Below, piece after piece: positions 45,321 through 59,419 of a stretch of DNA of 64,000 nucleotides. Position 1 is the stretch's first letter, and each line of letters opens with the position of its first letter. The stretch covers positions 87,792,001 through 87,856,000 of the forward strand of contig OZ024746.1 of NCBI GenBank assembly GCA_964016885.1. Reading direction: 5' to 3'. The DNA comes from Eledone cirrhosa. Taxonomy: Eukaryota. The position numbers were made by a program, and so were the translations under genes. The notes under the pieces were generated by a model. It saw nothing but the letters and a program-made list of their open reading frames with translations, was not told where the DNA came from and made no database searches.

Positions 45321-45681
45321 ATATATATATACGGTATCCCGTGGCTGGTGCGAGAACAGAGTTAAATATTAATGAACAACGGCAGAGAGTCTGACTGGAA
45401 AGTGTCCATAACTTTATAATTCTGAGAAAATATTATACATATTTCAATACCCGAGTTCCATTAACGCAAGTGATTTCATCAGGGGTTGATTGCAGATTTA
45501 GTTATATAAGATAATTGGATTATGACGAACACAAACAGAGAATACAGAGTAGATGATAACTTTGATTTATCAGGGATGGCTTGCCAATTCGGTGATATCA
45601 TATAGGCAAGTCATCTCCGAATATATGAATATAAATATATATGTGTGTGCGTGTGTAAATATATATATATATATATGTGTG

Positions 45682-45806
<125 letters not shown>

Positions 45807-46388
45807 TACAGATAGATAGATAGTTAGGTACGTAGGTAGGTAGATATACATATATGTGTGCGTGTTTGTATGTGTGTGTGTGTATGATTGTGTCTGTGCA
45901 TATACATATGTATGACAAATTTCTTCAGTTTATTATTCTCTTTACTTTATTCCTTGCTACTGTTCTTTAGGTGTATTCCAATGAGTCAATAGGTATACGT
46001 AGATGTTGGCTCGAAGCCAATCAATATTATATTAATTTTCATTCAACAATTTTCTTTTGAATGTTGGACGTAATGTCGCTACGTATGATGATGTGGATTA
46101 TAATGATGATGATAATGGTGATGATGATGTAAAGGATGTATGATATCGTCACATGAGATAAGAGATGCAGTTGTAGAGGCACCTTTATATACACATACTT
46201 CAAATCTTTGTTGCCAAGAGCAATATTATTTCAAATTGAATAAAACTAAAATTGGAGCTGATTTATTGAATAAGCTTGACAGAGCTTATTTCCTTCTCAT
46301 GTCACGCGTTGATTTTTGTTGTTGTTGTCTCGTTGTTGATGTTATCGTTGTTGTTATGTTTGTTGTTGATGTTGTTATTGTCGTGGTT

Positions 46389-46490
46389 CTTCTTCTTCTT
46401 CTTCTTCTTCTTCTTCTTCTTCTTCTTCTTCTTCTTCTTCTTCTTCTTCTTCTTCTTCTTCTTCTTCTTCTTCTTCTTCTTCTTCTTCTT
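46389..46490. repeat. (TTC)n microsatellite
   Basis: Seen directly. Confidence 0.99.
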
Positions 46491-46499
46491 TATCATTAT

Positions 46500-46703
46500 T
46501 GGAGAACTGGTAGAGAGTCGAAAAACCCTGCTCCGCCGCTTAGAGTTACGGCACATTAGGTTCAGTGCTTTAATCCCACCAATATTAGCTTTGCCTTTCA
46601 TCCTAACGGGGTCTATAAAAGTAGTAGTCACACATGAGGCTTGATTTAAGGTTCCCCTATACCAAGTATTGCTGGCATTGTGCTAAATGTAGAAACAATT
46701 ATT
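46500..46703 (+). mobile_element. SINE family A-related copy
   Basis: CTTTGCCTTTCATCCTAACGGGGTC..TTGCTGGCATTGTGCTAAATGTAGAAACAATTATT. Confidence 0.75.
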
Positions 46704-47566
46704 TTTATCATTGATTATATTAAATGCAAAGGATTGAAAATAGATCCCATTCTTTTTAGTCCATCTCCCATTATCTTTAGCTGAAGAAAGAGAGTAGCTG
46801 CCCTTCATAGAATTTTCAGAAGGAATAATTGTCTTGTTGAATGCGTCACATATTCTCTGTATGCAATCGTAGGCCGCTAATCATCGCGGAGATCCTGCAG
46901 TTCCTTGTCGTAATCCAAACAATATTTGATCTGTGGAATTCCTTGTATCATCATCTGTGGCTATCTCTAAATTAGGATGTCTTATTCAAATCAATTTTTA
47001 TTTCTTATTTCGTCATGACTATTCACTGTCCATAATCGATCACGTGTAATATCCTCACCGTTTTCGTAATTATTTATTTCTATTTCATGTCCATTATAAT
47101 TTTAATAGTGTTATTGCCATTATACATAATATTTCATTATTACTATATATATATGAGAAAACATATTGCAATGGAAAAATGTCTCATGGTCCATTATATA
47201 TTGAGTTTAAAAAACGATGCATATTATATCTGACTTCAATGTTCTTGCTTAAAAATGAAGTTAGAAATAGAACATGGGTTCAAATAAAGCGACACCTTCC
47301 CCGTTACAAAATGTGGGTTTGTTTGAAAGTCATAATAATACTGTCTTCATTTGTCTAGGAATCCTTGATATTCATCTTTCTTTCCCCTCATTTATGACAC
47401 TTATAATCTCTCCCAATGCGGCTTTATCTTTCTCTGTGTTTATTCAATATTGGCAGGAGCAGTAGTGTGGTGTTCTAATATGCAACGATGTATATATATG
47501 TTTCTACTGTGGCAAATAAAGAAATATATCTATTTATCTATCTATTTATCTATCTATATATATATA

Positions 47567-47638
<72 letters not shown>

Positions 47639-47703
47639 AAGAATTTCCGTAGGAAAGGTACAGGAAAAAAGAATGCTCTATGTAGGCTACAGAGCTTATT
47701 AGT

Positions 47704-48126
47704 TATGTAATAAACAACATAAGATAGTTATTTCATTTACTAGTGGTTTCTTGAAGGCAGATGCTGTGTCTGTCTTCAGTTGTCAGAATGAATAAATAAC
47801 ATGGTGTTTTTATTAAATATGGATTTGAAAACAAAATTTAGGAAATATGAAAGTGGGGCTGAAAAAAACGGGCAAAATGGAAATAGGGGAAACAAATATG
47901 TTCTCGATATTTATATTCTTATATATATCTTTTATATTTTTTGCCCTTTTTCCTTTTTGCCCGTTTTTTTTCAGCCTCACATTCATATTTCCTAAATGTT
48001 GTTTTCAAATCCATATTTAATAAAAACACCATGTTATTTATTCATTCTGACGACTGAAGACGGACACAACATCTGCCTTCAAGAAATCACTGCTAAATGA
48101 AATAATGATATTATATTGTTTATTAC

Positions 48127-48129
<3 letters not shown>
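47704..48129. repeat. Long inverted repeat, ~185-bp arms (47704-47889 / 47944-48129), ~55-bp spacer
   Basis: The arms are reverse complements with scattered mismatches; the right end abuts (TA)n. Confidence 0.92.
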
Positions 48130-48179
<50 letters not shown>

Positions 48180-49739
48180 GTTCTGTCTGGAAGCAGTAGC
48201 ATTGTAGTTTATACCCAGTTGATTGATATACCTACGAGTAATATAGTCATATGAATGTAATCACGCTCACTTTCTTTTGGGGTTTATGTACAAATATACT
48301 CTGATTACCATTAACATCTGTATCACTGGAGCATGGAATAATCTCAGTCTATAATTATAAGTTGTTTCTTTTTTATGTTCGTTCATTTTCACAGAGATTT
48401 TGTCACGCAGAGGTTCTACAGCAAGGCAAACGGCGTAGAACATTTCTACGACACCCTGAAATCAACGCCTGCTTGGCCATCCACTAACACTGAGGCGCAT
48501 GCATTTAGTTTCTGAGGTCGCAACGGGCAACGATGACTGACCAATTGGCACTCCTAACCGTAGTCCGCACTATATTACGTGATGTTGAGCTTGGAACAAA
48601 TAATTAGAATGGCTCATTGTCTTATGTGTTTGATCCTGAAGCTGTCCCTTCATTCCAGATGTTCCGCCAGATATTCACGGGAGGCATCACATGTCACAGT
48701 TCGTAATGTCTAACGATGGAGGTTATTATTATGTAACCGAAGATAAATAACATTAGAACGAAATATTGTTGAAATTGTCAAGCTAGAAACGTTTTTTATC
48801 GTAGGTGCAATGGATCTGAAACGGCGCCTTCTTGCCTTGTCAGTTAATCTCCGATGACATTCCATCTGACAGGTTGTTAGGTTTAAAGATGGAAGTTACT
48901 TCTGTGTAGTACACGATTAATAATATTTGAATGGAACAGTGTTGAAATCACCAGGTCGGAAACGTCTTTTATTCTCCCAAGAATAAGCATTCTCCTCAGG
49001 TAAAATGTCTTATTTCCTGTAGATCCATATTGATATAGAGTAACAATCATAAAAACCACTTCAATAAAACGTTGTTGTTTGAAGTGATGTTCAAACAATG
49101 CTTCCATTGCAAATATCTATGTATATACTATTGTATAAATATAATTGTCTATATCCATTCGCAATACTACGTAGCCTTTATCGTTCTCTCAGTAGACCTC
49201 TCTTTATATATATATATATATATATATATAATGTGTGTGTGTATGTGTGTGTATAAATATGTTAATTATGCAGAGAAATACACATTTATAGACATAATTA
49301 TATCCTGAAACTGAAGTCAGATTCTGAACTAACTCCTGTCATTAAAACAACTAATTAGAAATATGAGTAAATTAATATATCTGAAAGGTTGGTTTAAATG
49401 AAGGGAATGTTTGACGTAAGTGCGCTGCATTAGAATCTTAGACATCGGTGTATGTATGTTGTGAAGTGGATAATGGTATTAGAGTACTGTCAATTGGATT
49501 GTAGTATATGTGTTTTATATAGGTAATGATGGTATAATTATATTTCGCAACCTTCTAGGCATTATGGTTACAATTACATTTATAAAGAGATTGATGAAGA
49601 GCAGGAGAGATAGAATAGTGTGCTAAGACAGAATTCTCAAAGAATGTTATTATATTCAGAGAAATGATGTGGTCATATATATCTATGGAAAATTACCTAA
49701 GTTACCTTATAAATACATATTATCTTACAATGCGTTAAA

Positions 49740-50060
49740 GGTTCGTCGGTGCCAACGACGAATGTTCTATTTGTTTGATCAACGCAACAACCTAATCGTT
49801 AAATTTGTATGCAGGGAGTGAGCATTCCGTAGACACATGTGGCCTCAATGCAGTTCATCTTGACAGAGTGAGACAAGTCAGGTCCTTTGAATTACAGTTA
49901 CAACTCGTTTTACGAGCTGAGTGCAATGGCACAACATGAAATAAAATGTCTTGTTCAATAACAACATGCACCATCGGGAAGCGAACCCACGGCCTAACTC
50001 TGCTGAGCTCAACAACATGAAAGCTTAAGCTACGTTCCATCAAGAGCGAGCACTACAGTT
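49740..50060 (-). mobile_element. tRNA-derived SINE (family B, octopod-like)
   Basis: Minus strand: B-box-like GGGTTCGCTTCC, then TTGAACAAGACATTTTATTTCATGTTG..CACTCAGCT..GAGTTGTAACTGTAATTCAAAGG; matches a recalled octopus SINE. Confidence 0.7.
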
Positions 50061-50479
50061 ATGTCAAATAAAATCCACTCTTGAATATTTGATTTCTTTT
50101 CATTTTATTTTCAATGTTGGCATGAATTAGAATATATTTTATTGATAGCAGCAAATGTGTCCATAGTGACATTGCGTGCCTATCTTTGCAACTTCGCAGA
50201 AACTATATCAAGGCTAATCATAATAATCATGCGAAACATATATATAATGTTTTCATTATTAGCAAAACATGCCTGACATTAAGGAGACATTAACGATGGT
50301 ACAGGGTAACACAGCGTGGGTTTTATGTGTAAAATAACATTTATAACAGTCAATTAGGAAATAAACATAAAAAAAACAAGCTTAACAAATCCCCAAGGGT
50401 TATACTCGTGGAGAAAGCCCAGAAACGCCAAGGTCATCCTGACCGTTAGGGCAAACGCCCTCTCTTAATTGTCCTCCTT

Positions 50480-50630
50480 AAATTTAAGCACAAGGCTAGC
50501 TGGTACATAATTTTATCGAATCTGAAAGAATTATCGGTAAAATAGATTTCGGTGAATCTTTACCTACAAAATGAACGGCCATGTCTCAATGCCATAAAAC
50601 ATTTTGTTCGCGGGTCTATCAAATCTAATG
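50480..50630 (-). mobile_element. Old SINE family A-related fragment
   Basis: GCACAAGGCTAGC..TGGTAC..ATTTTATCGA matches the reverse of the family A tail. Confidence 0.5.
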
Positions 50631-50874
50631 AAAAATTCTACTTGAGGCATGAGGACAGCCATTCGAAAATAGAGACTCGATACTTGTCTAGTAACATATT
50701 TTATTACGTATGGAAGGGTGTCGGCAAAGTGTCTGGTTCTATATATTCTGCCAATACAAGTTAGTGTAATATTATGACAAACACACACACATACACACGC
50801 ACACGCACACGCACACACGCGCGCGCGCACACACACGCACACGCATAGACATACACACGCACGCACGCACACAT

Positions 50875-50916
<42 letters not shown>

Positions 50917-51496
50917 TACTGTTGATGGAAATCAATTGATGGTATATAAACAAACACCAACACTTCAAACATTGTAGAAACATAAACACTGGTATGCACT
51001 TATATATACTGATATACATATGTAATAAATATATATGTATGTATCTATGTAGATAAGTAGGTAGGTAGGTAGGTATGTACATATGTATGTGTGTGTGTGG
51101 GGGAAGGTGGTGTTTGTGTGTATGTGTGTACCCATATAAGTAATTAATACAAATATTCCATAACCATTACACCTTTTTTATTTTGCTAAACAATATAATA
51201 AAACAGAATATTACTTATTCCTTTCGGAAAGCAATCGCTTTAACCTATCAAACCTAATACATCCTAGCATTACTTTTGTTGATATCATCGAGGCTATGAT
51301 GTTGTTGATGAGAATTGCGGTATGGTATGCTTCTAATATATAATATTTTTATTAATATAATTATATTTGAAGTAGGATGAAATTCATATAAATATCGATG
51401 AGTTACTTTAACACATTTTTTGAAATTACAGACATAAATACATTTCTTGATAATATTCACGATGATGATGATGACGATGAATCATGGTGTGTGTGT

Positions 51497-51527
51497 GGGT
51501 GGGTGGGTGGGGGGGGGGGGGGGGGGG
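51497..51527 (+). other. G-tract with G-quadruplex potential
   Basis: (GGGT)3 followed by 19 G. Confidence 0.8.
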
Positions 51528-53382
51528 TGAGAGATGGCTGTATAACTTTATTGAGGGGACCCCATTGACAATGAACTGATAATGTTATATGTTCCACTTT
51601 ACATAATTAATTACATTAAACATTAATGATTCACGTGCTGTACTTATATATCCTTGACATTATTGTTGTTGAATTTGACATTAATGATTTCAATGTCTAG
51701 CTACATGTTTTGTTTGTGATGATGTTGTTTCTACTGTTGATGGGGAGGAGGGAGACGTTGCTATTGATGCTTTTGTTGCTTCTATTGTTGATATTTTTTT
51801 TTTCATATTTTGTTAGTCGTTATTCTTTTGTGTTATTTTTATTGTTGGCGGTGATGTTTGCATATTTTGTTGAAATTTGCTTATTGTTGTCTTGTTTTAT
51901 TTTCTGTTGTGAATATATTGAATTATTGTTATTGTGTTATTTTGTCACTAGAATGAGGAGTAGAAATATGGTGACAATAGTAGGAATTAGGTACGTGTTC
52001 TTCAACCTAGATCAATCCTGATACAGGATACTTTCAAATAAGCTGCAGCATCATAAACATCAGCGACAATATTATCCATAATTATAGCTTTATATATGTA
52101 TGTTACTGTCAATTCTATAAGCTCAATGAAACCAGCATTCTTTGTCTAGTATCCAACATCTACTCTCAGTCAATCATATGTGAACAAACCTATGATGTAA
52201 TCATATCCCTTAATTTCATAAGATTGAATGATAGTGTATATTATATCTATTCATCTTTTAAAGCTAATTTAGTGAGTATTGGCTGCTAATGCAAGGAGAT
52301 TGAGAGATCATATAGAACATTCTTCTTAACACGCGTTTCTGTTCTCAGTGCTGTTAAACTTCCCTACGTATTAGTGTCTTTATCCAGAATGTATCCACTC
52401 CCCGAAACTAAATTGATCGTCAGAAATTAAAACAGGGATGTAACTCTATTTTAATTACATACATAACGTTACCCACAGGTTAATATGGACTTCGGAATGT
52501 AACCAACTATGGTTTCCTTTCTTGCTCAAATACTTCGATGATGAAAAAGAGTACATCTTTGCTCCGTGAACACATTTCTACCGCAATTAACACCAACACC
52601 GCAGGAACTATTAATTTAAATTGAAATTATTATCACATCGTGTCTCTCTTCCTATTCAAAGAAACATAATTACGATGCTTTGTGTTAATATTTGATTTCC
52701 CACGGCATGTACAGAGTACAATCCAAGTTTACATGATTCCAACTGACCCGTATATAGATTAATCACATGTATTAATTATTTAAATATTAGAAAACTTTAG
52801 ATTTTACAAATAAAAGGAGTTAAACAGTAATCCAGCTATTTCTTCTGGTTGCGGCTTCACACCTTAAGTCTATCTGTGAAAACATATTTGCCTAGAACTG
52901 TTCTACTAATGTATACATAGATACCGAGAACACTGACTTCATTTTACACATATGTATTGAGTTCATCGCAAATATATGTATTTAATAAAGCTAATGTGCA
53001 TTTAATTCCAATGCCACCGATATTTTTCTTTATAGATATATAAAAAGAGCACGACGTTTGCAGCTTGATTGAAATAATAAGACTTCTAACAAATGCATTC
53101 GTATGCTACTAAAATATGGGTGACTAGAAAAGTCAATATCAATATCGACCGTTTGTATCATATAAAACAATTTTATATAGTTTATTCTCTCTGCTTCAGT
53201 ATGTCTGTATATTTCACTTACACCTCACTCTATTTTTCGACATCATATATATATATATATATATATGTTTATGTGTGCGTGTGTGTATATATACATATAT
53301 ATGTGTGTGTGCGTGTGTATATATATATAGTGAAAGCAATTATGAAAAAATGTTGAGAAGTATATATGTATGTATATATATG

Positions 53383-53417
<35 letters not shown>

Positions 53418-53759
53418 GTGTGAGTGTGTGTGTGTGCGTGTATGTGTAAAGAACACTAAAGCAGATGTGGTGTAACTAATTTTAAAACTGGGACGACTCT
53501 TATAAAGGCAATCATATTTTAAACGATACAGTTTAATTATGATGGGTGTAGCCATATAAAAAATCTATATATTTTAAAAGAATGCAAGCTGGTCTATAAT
53601 CTTATTCTATTTCTACTCTTGTATCGTTGTAGTTGTCCTTGAGAAACCCTATCCCAAAGTATATTTTTTATCTTTAAATATAGAGAGTTATATCTCTTCT
53701 TGTTTTTGTTATTTTTGTTGTCGTTGTTTTGTTGCTGTTGTTTTATTTCTTTATCCTCT

Positions 53760-54290
53760 TTTTTCTTATTCTTCACCCACTTATTCCCAAGAGGGTTTCG
53801 GGGGCACATTTCTCAAACGCCCAATCGAGTGGGTCCTATCAGTAACAACCGTTTCTAGCAGATCCAGCTGGATTTCCAAACGAGACCAGCAGACTTATTG
53901 GATATTATCCAAGCAACTTGATCGGGATCTAATACTGGGTTTCTTGCCAGTTAGTTTTTTCAGTAAATCCGTCAAGCGATTTTTTCCTGAGGCATTCTAT
54001 CCTATATTACAAGAGCTGTGATCTCTACGTTCGGATAAGTAGCGATTTTAACTGGAGTGATACTCCGATTACCGATCTAACCATTCTCTCGAGTAATATT
54101 TCGACTGTTTGTATTGGCGATTGTATTATTTCGCTCATTTCACAAGATGCATAACCATAGGTAAGGGTTGGCATGAATACCAAAGTTGGTTCATTAATAC
54201 ATGAGCTCCTGTAATTATTGCACTGAATTCAAAATATACTTGTTTTCCACCTGCTTCATTGGAAATCCATTCACATATAGAATGCACTAT
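53760..54290 (-). mobile_element. Decayed RTE-clade LINE 3' portion
   Basis: VFMPTLTYG..IERR..GKKP..RSSCLDNI..WSRLEI..PPKPS. Confidence 0.7.
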
Positions 54291-54649
54291 GGAAATAATC
54301 AAATTTGCATGATCTGTTGTAGCGCATGCGTTTTTTTTTTTTTTTCTTTTAGTTTGCTATAGCCTTTGCGCCTAAATATATATTTAACCAATTTGTTATT
54401 GTTTCGAGCTAGCTAAAGTTAGGCAATTATATAATGTGTGTAGGCAGCTGTTTTATTGATGTTTAGTGAGGAAAAGCACATAAATCTATCTGAAACACTT
54501 TTCAAAGAATTTAGCTCACAATAATATAAATATAAAAATCAGAACTATCAACCGAATAATCTATAATTCCACGTGTTATTCAGATTTACTGGGGGAAATT
54601 GTCAAGAGTGATGAAAGTTTATATATAAGTTATTTATTGATATAAAATC

Positions 54650-56000
54650 AAATCGTATCCGGCAATATATTTTCCACTTTCTTTTTTAGTATTAAAATAA
54701 ACACCAGATAATACTGGGTGTCCTCAAACTTTTGTCTATATATATATCTGTATGAATATATGTATTCATGTTTAGTGATGACCGTCCACCTAACCCTAAT
54801 TAGAAACAATATATGTTTATTTTTATAATAATAAGTATTATCATTTGATTTATTGTTATTGGGTGTAGTTACTTCAATGCGAAGACAGATCTGTGTGCCT
54901 TGCGTATGTGAAGTGTAGTCTTTGGTGTTAGGGTTACACTTCGTAAAAAATCTGTAGTGCCTAGTGCTCTTGTAATTTGTTATTGTATATCTGTCTGTGT
55001 ATTTAATCATTCTCAGAGCAGCTTTATTATAGGGACTTTTTTCTGTTTATATCATACACATATGGGTTATTTTATTTCCAAATCTTTGTATTTGGATTAT
55101 TCTCCAATTCATTGATGTATATTTTATCGTCTGTGGGGATAGTATTTTCACCCCGTCCTTAATTTGTTTTATTACTTATCTCACTACCTCTTTCCGATTA
55201 CTAAATGTTAAGAGTATTCGATACATGTTCCAGTTTTTCATGTCTTATGAGCTCTATACCGACGTTTAAATTGAATTAATAAATAAATAATTTAGAATAT
55301 ATATATATATATTTTTTGTAGGTTTAGATATCATATCCATTCGGTTATCTTTGATCTCTTTATCAATGTGTATTTGCATAACCCACTCTATGGTTGGCTT
55401 GTTATTTTCTGACACCATTTCCGTTGTATGTATCAGTCTGTTTCTGTTGGTTTAGCATAGTGTTGACATAACTTCCAATATACGCAGATCACAACTTGTA
55501 CGTGTCATTCGATATGTTGTTCTTTTTTTTATTTTCGTAAAACTGAGCAACAGATGCTATTAGGTTAATTAGATTTTCCCTATCACCAAATATTTTCCAA
55601 TATCTTATTGTGTGCTTTTTAATAATGCATAGTGTGTGGGGTTTGGTTGGGAAGCTTTAATCTTGTGTCGCAATTAAACACCACATAGGATGGGTTCTTA
55701 CACCAGTGTTTCTTGCAAAATTTTAGGAAATTGCTTTTTCAATTATTGTTTATTTTCCTGGAATTGGACACGTAGAGATTTTCCTCTAGATTTAGCAAAG
55801 CATTCAGGATATGTATTTCATATTTGGATTTTATATTTTGCAATCTCTGTTACTGTTTGTTCTTTGTATTCATTTCCCTCGTAAGCATCTGTCATTTCAT
55901 GTTCCATTTAAAATTTATTGGCTAGCTTTTTTGAAGATAGAAGTCAAGTTTTTCTTTTGTTCCTGTTTCATTTCTATTTTATTAACTTTCTATTATACTT
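54650..56000 (-). mobile_element. Decayed Penelope-like RT, N-terminal half
   Basis: INELENNPNTKI (pre-DKG region), then YNKAALRMIKYTDRY; weak, frameshifted motifs. Confidence 0.4.
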
Positions 56001-57669
56001 ATTTAGATAGATTTGCAGTCCTAAAGTGGTCATTTCATAATAGCATTTGAGGTGGATAAGATAGGTTCCTATATATAATAGTTGAGAAAATCAAATAATA
56101 TACACTTCGGGACAGAAACATTGGGACAGAGGTGACTGCGAGGAAACAATCCACTCATGCCTTGGAAGCTGGTTAAACATTATGGCAAGGGGACCGAAGC
56201 CACCAGTGCCAGCTTGACTGTAATTCTTCTAAAATACGGCAATACATAAATAGCCGCAGTCAGATAACGGAAGAACTGATACGACTTTACCGATACTCGG
56301 ATTTTACTTCTAATTTAGTGCTTTTCTACCATTTCACGCCCATAAAGAAGGAATACAAATCTAATATTTGAACAATGTAAGCCTCCAACCCACTATATTG
56401 CTATAATCAGTTACAAGTGAATTAATGTCCATTTTTGCGTCAAATTTGATCTAATTTTACAGGAGTAACTATCCGTAGTGTAACCTTCGCTTTTTAATAA
56501 TATTTTACACTAAATGTATCAAAGATTATTGTCCCAGATATTCATTATCGTTAAATAAATGTCTTCGCCAATTACAGATATTTAAGTATCTATATAATGC
56601 CAGTTCAGGTAGAAAACATTACAAGATATATAAATAATATCCAACCAATAAATAAGACCAGAGTCTAAAACACGATAAATATTCTAAATATATATCTAAT
56701 TTCCTTTTGAACATGTGAATAAATATATTCAATGTTATTTTATGATATAAAATTGAAATGCCATTTCACTCAGGCTTATGATTTCCAGGTTATATTGCAA
56801 AATTGTTCAATGCAACTTTTTTTTTTTACTGTTTCACTCAAATATTTAAATGTAATAATGATTCGTCTAATGTACTCTTTATATTGAAGTGACATTTATT
56901 GATTAATAACACACGTGCCATGTCACTATAAGACTTAATTATAATAAATGTCATTGTGTATGACACTGTGGTTTTTCATAAATCGTTAGTAACGGAAATT
57001 CTATCACAAGAACATTAGCAAAATGATTGAATAATATTAATGTTACTGACGGGTGTAACACTGACCAGGAATATAGTTTGACGTAGAATATTAAACTACT
57101 ATAAATGAACTTTTTAAAAAATACAAAATTTAATTTCAGAGAAGAATATATTATTATATGGAACATCAATAGTCATTTGCGTAATTTTCATGTTAATTTA
57201 TTGTCAATATGACAAAACAATATTACTAATCTCTCAAACTAGCGGGAAATGTTTCAGTTGAACATATCGATAAACAATTTCATGAAATTTTAGAGTAGAG
57301 GTTGTCAAATGTTTGGGAACACCGCCCCTACACACTGATGGTCATTGAATAGCCTCATCACCCGCCCCACCGCTATTTTTAGATAGCCAATTGTAAATAA
57401 TATACGATCAATAAAATCGGTAATTTATATATAATAGAATAATAGAAAATATACTATGGATAAATAACTATTATATATTTTTAATTTTAATCTATCTATA
57501 TATAACAGGTATCATTTAATATTCAATATAATATAATATCATCTTTACCACTCTCTTTGGCCCTAACGTGCTCTGGACCTTCTCAACCAGCACCCGGGGG
57601 CTGGTAGCACCAACCTTGAGAACCTCTCTTTTAGAGCAACATAAAAATCTACTGTGAAACTGAAGGACG

Positions 57670-57782
<113 letters not shown>

Positions 57783-57934
57783 GTGTGTATTTTCTATTTT
57801 ACAGATTTTTCTCAAATTATATTTCTAATTTCTATATTAAGCTTTTCAGGGACTATAACATATGCACTTGTCAAGTACTAAGGTGGAATGAATTGAATCG
57901 TGTATATATCTCACCAAAAACTAAAAGCCATTTG

Positions 57935-57972
<38 letters not shown>

Positions 57973-58914
57973 GGTTGCTTTTGTGAGAGGTATGTTCATG
58001 AATTATGCATGCTCCTCGTATCTATGCATATTTTGATGTGTGCATTTGCTGCCATATAATAATTATACTATATGTGTGTGTCGGATTATATAAAATATTG
58101 AACTGGTAATTATTTTCTCGATATCATTTGGATCAAATACAAAGGACACATTGCGATGTTGAGATTGTTCAATAATAATTCTGATTTCTCTTGATAAGAA
58201 TAATGAAACGTTCGTAACAAGCTTCAACACGCACATTCCAAACTTCATGTATCCCACTCTAGCCAATGAAGCTTATACTTTATGACTGTTCTTCGAGAAA
58301 GGTGAAATATCAAACTACGTATTATTCTTTACTATATATACATTTACCGATGCATTTAAATATGAGCAAGAAGGGTATTTAACAGTAACATTTCTTGATC
58401 TAACAATTCAGGCAAAGTAAATTATATATCAGTTCTTTGTGCACATCCGATGCATTTGAATGCGTTAGCTGTAGCAATAGATAGAAATAATGACCTGACC
58501 GAATAGTTTCATGCACTTTGTTTGATTTAACAGATTTGGTCAAGATGACACAAAGCTAATCATAACAACACTAGTGTCTAATGTAACAAAGGCGGTGTAT
58601 TATATTTCATAGCATTGAAGCTATCTAAGTCACGTGTGTGAAAATATGACTACATTATGAAATAGACGAAGTGAACACACTAATAGTAAGAAATCAAGTA
58701 CCGGTTACTGTCTTGGTTTAGACGAAGATTCAAATTATTCTACGGAACTAAACCAATAAAATTAGACGGTGCAAAATTCCAGCATTTTTATTTAGAGACA
58801 ATACATATGTAGCAGTGTTAAATAATAATAGTGAAAGAATAACAAACGCAAGAACTAAAACCAAAAAGATATGACGTAATATATATATATATATTACGTT
58901 TGTTGTTCTTTCAC

Positions 58915-58946
<32 letters not shown>

Positions 58947-58947
<1 letters not shown>

Positions 58948-59298
58948 AGTTGCATTTATCTTGCTTTATGTTCATACGAGTTATCACCAAGTCACAACCA
59001 GTGACCTCAAGAGACAACAAGGTCCGCACTGTTCAAGAAAGAACATACATATTCACACATGTATCTTTAGTGTTTAGACTTGTGATGTACTTATATTGAC
59101 AGAATCTTCCTTAGTATATGGGCAGTTCCCATTAGTACTATCTTTTGTATTTCTCCTATACGCGGGTTTCCTGGGATTTGCGATAAGTAATCATTAGACC
59201 CCTTAGGTATCATTCCCAGAGCGCCTACAACCACTGGTATTGTTTTAGTTCTCAATTTCCACATTTTTCCAATTTCTATCTCCAGGTCCTTATACTTT
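58947..59298 (-). mobile_element. R4/Dong-like LINE 3' end (copy A) between (TTA)n tracts
   Basis: KYKDLEIEIGKMWKLRTKTIPVVVGALG..EIQKIVLMGTAHILRKILSI* plus 3' UTR. Confidence 0.92.
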
Positions 59299-59419
59299 AT
59301 TATTATTATTATTATTAGTAGTAGTAGTATTATTATTATTGTTCTTTGAGTCTCAGTCATTGACGTTAGTTAGCTGGAAAGTTTGTTGAAATGAATATCA
59401 AGCCACTACCTGCAGCCTC

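Noticed and set aside
45572-45617. Hairpin GGGATGGCTTGCC/GGCAAGTCATCTC
   Set aside because: A real stem, but with no ribozyme core or other context to assign a function.
48360-48520. Strong-looking splice acceptor (TTCATTTTCACAG) before a higher-GC stretch
   Set aside because: All three frames stop within ~40 codons with no recognisable protein; needs RNA-seq.
57575-57630. TTCTCAA/TTGAGAA hAT-MITE-like termini
   Set aside because: Too short and degenerate, with no 8-bp TSD.
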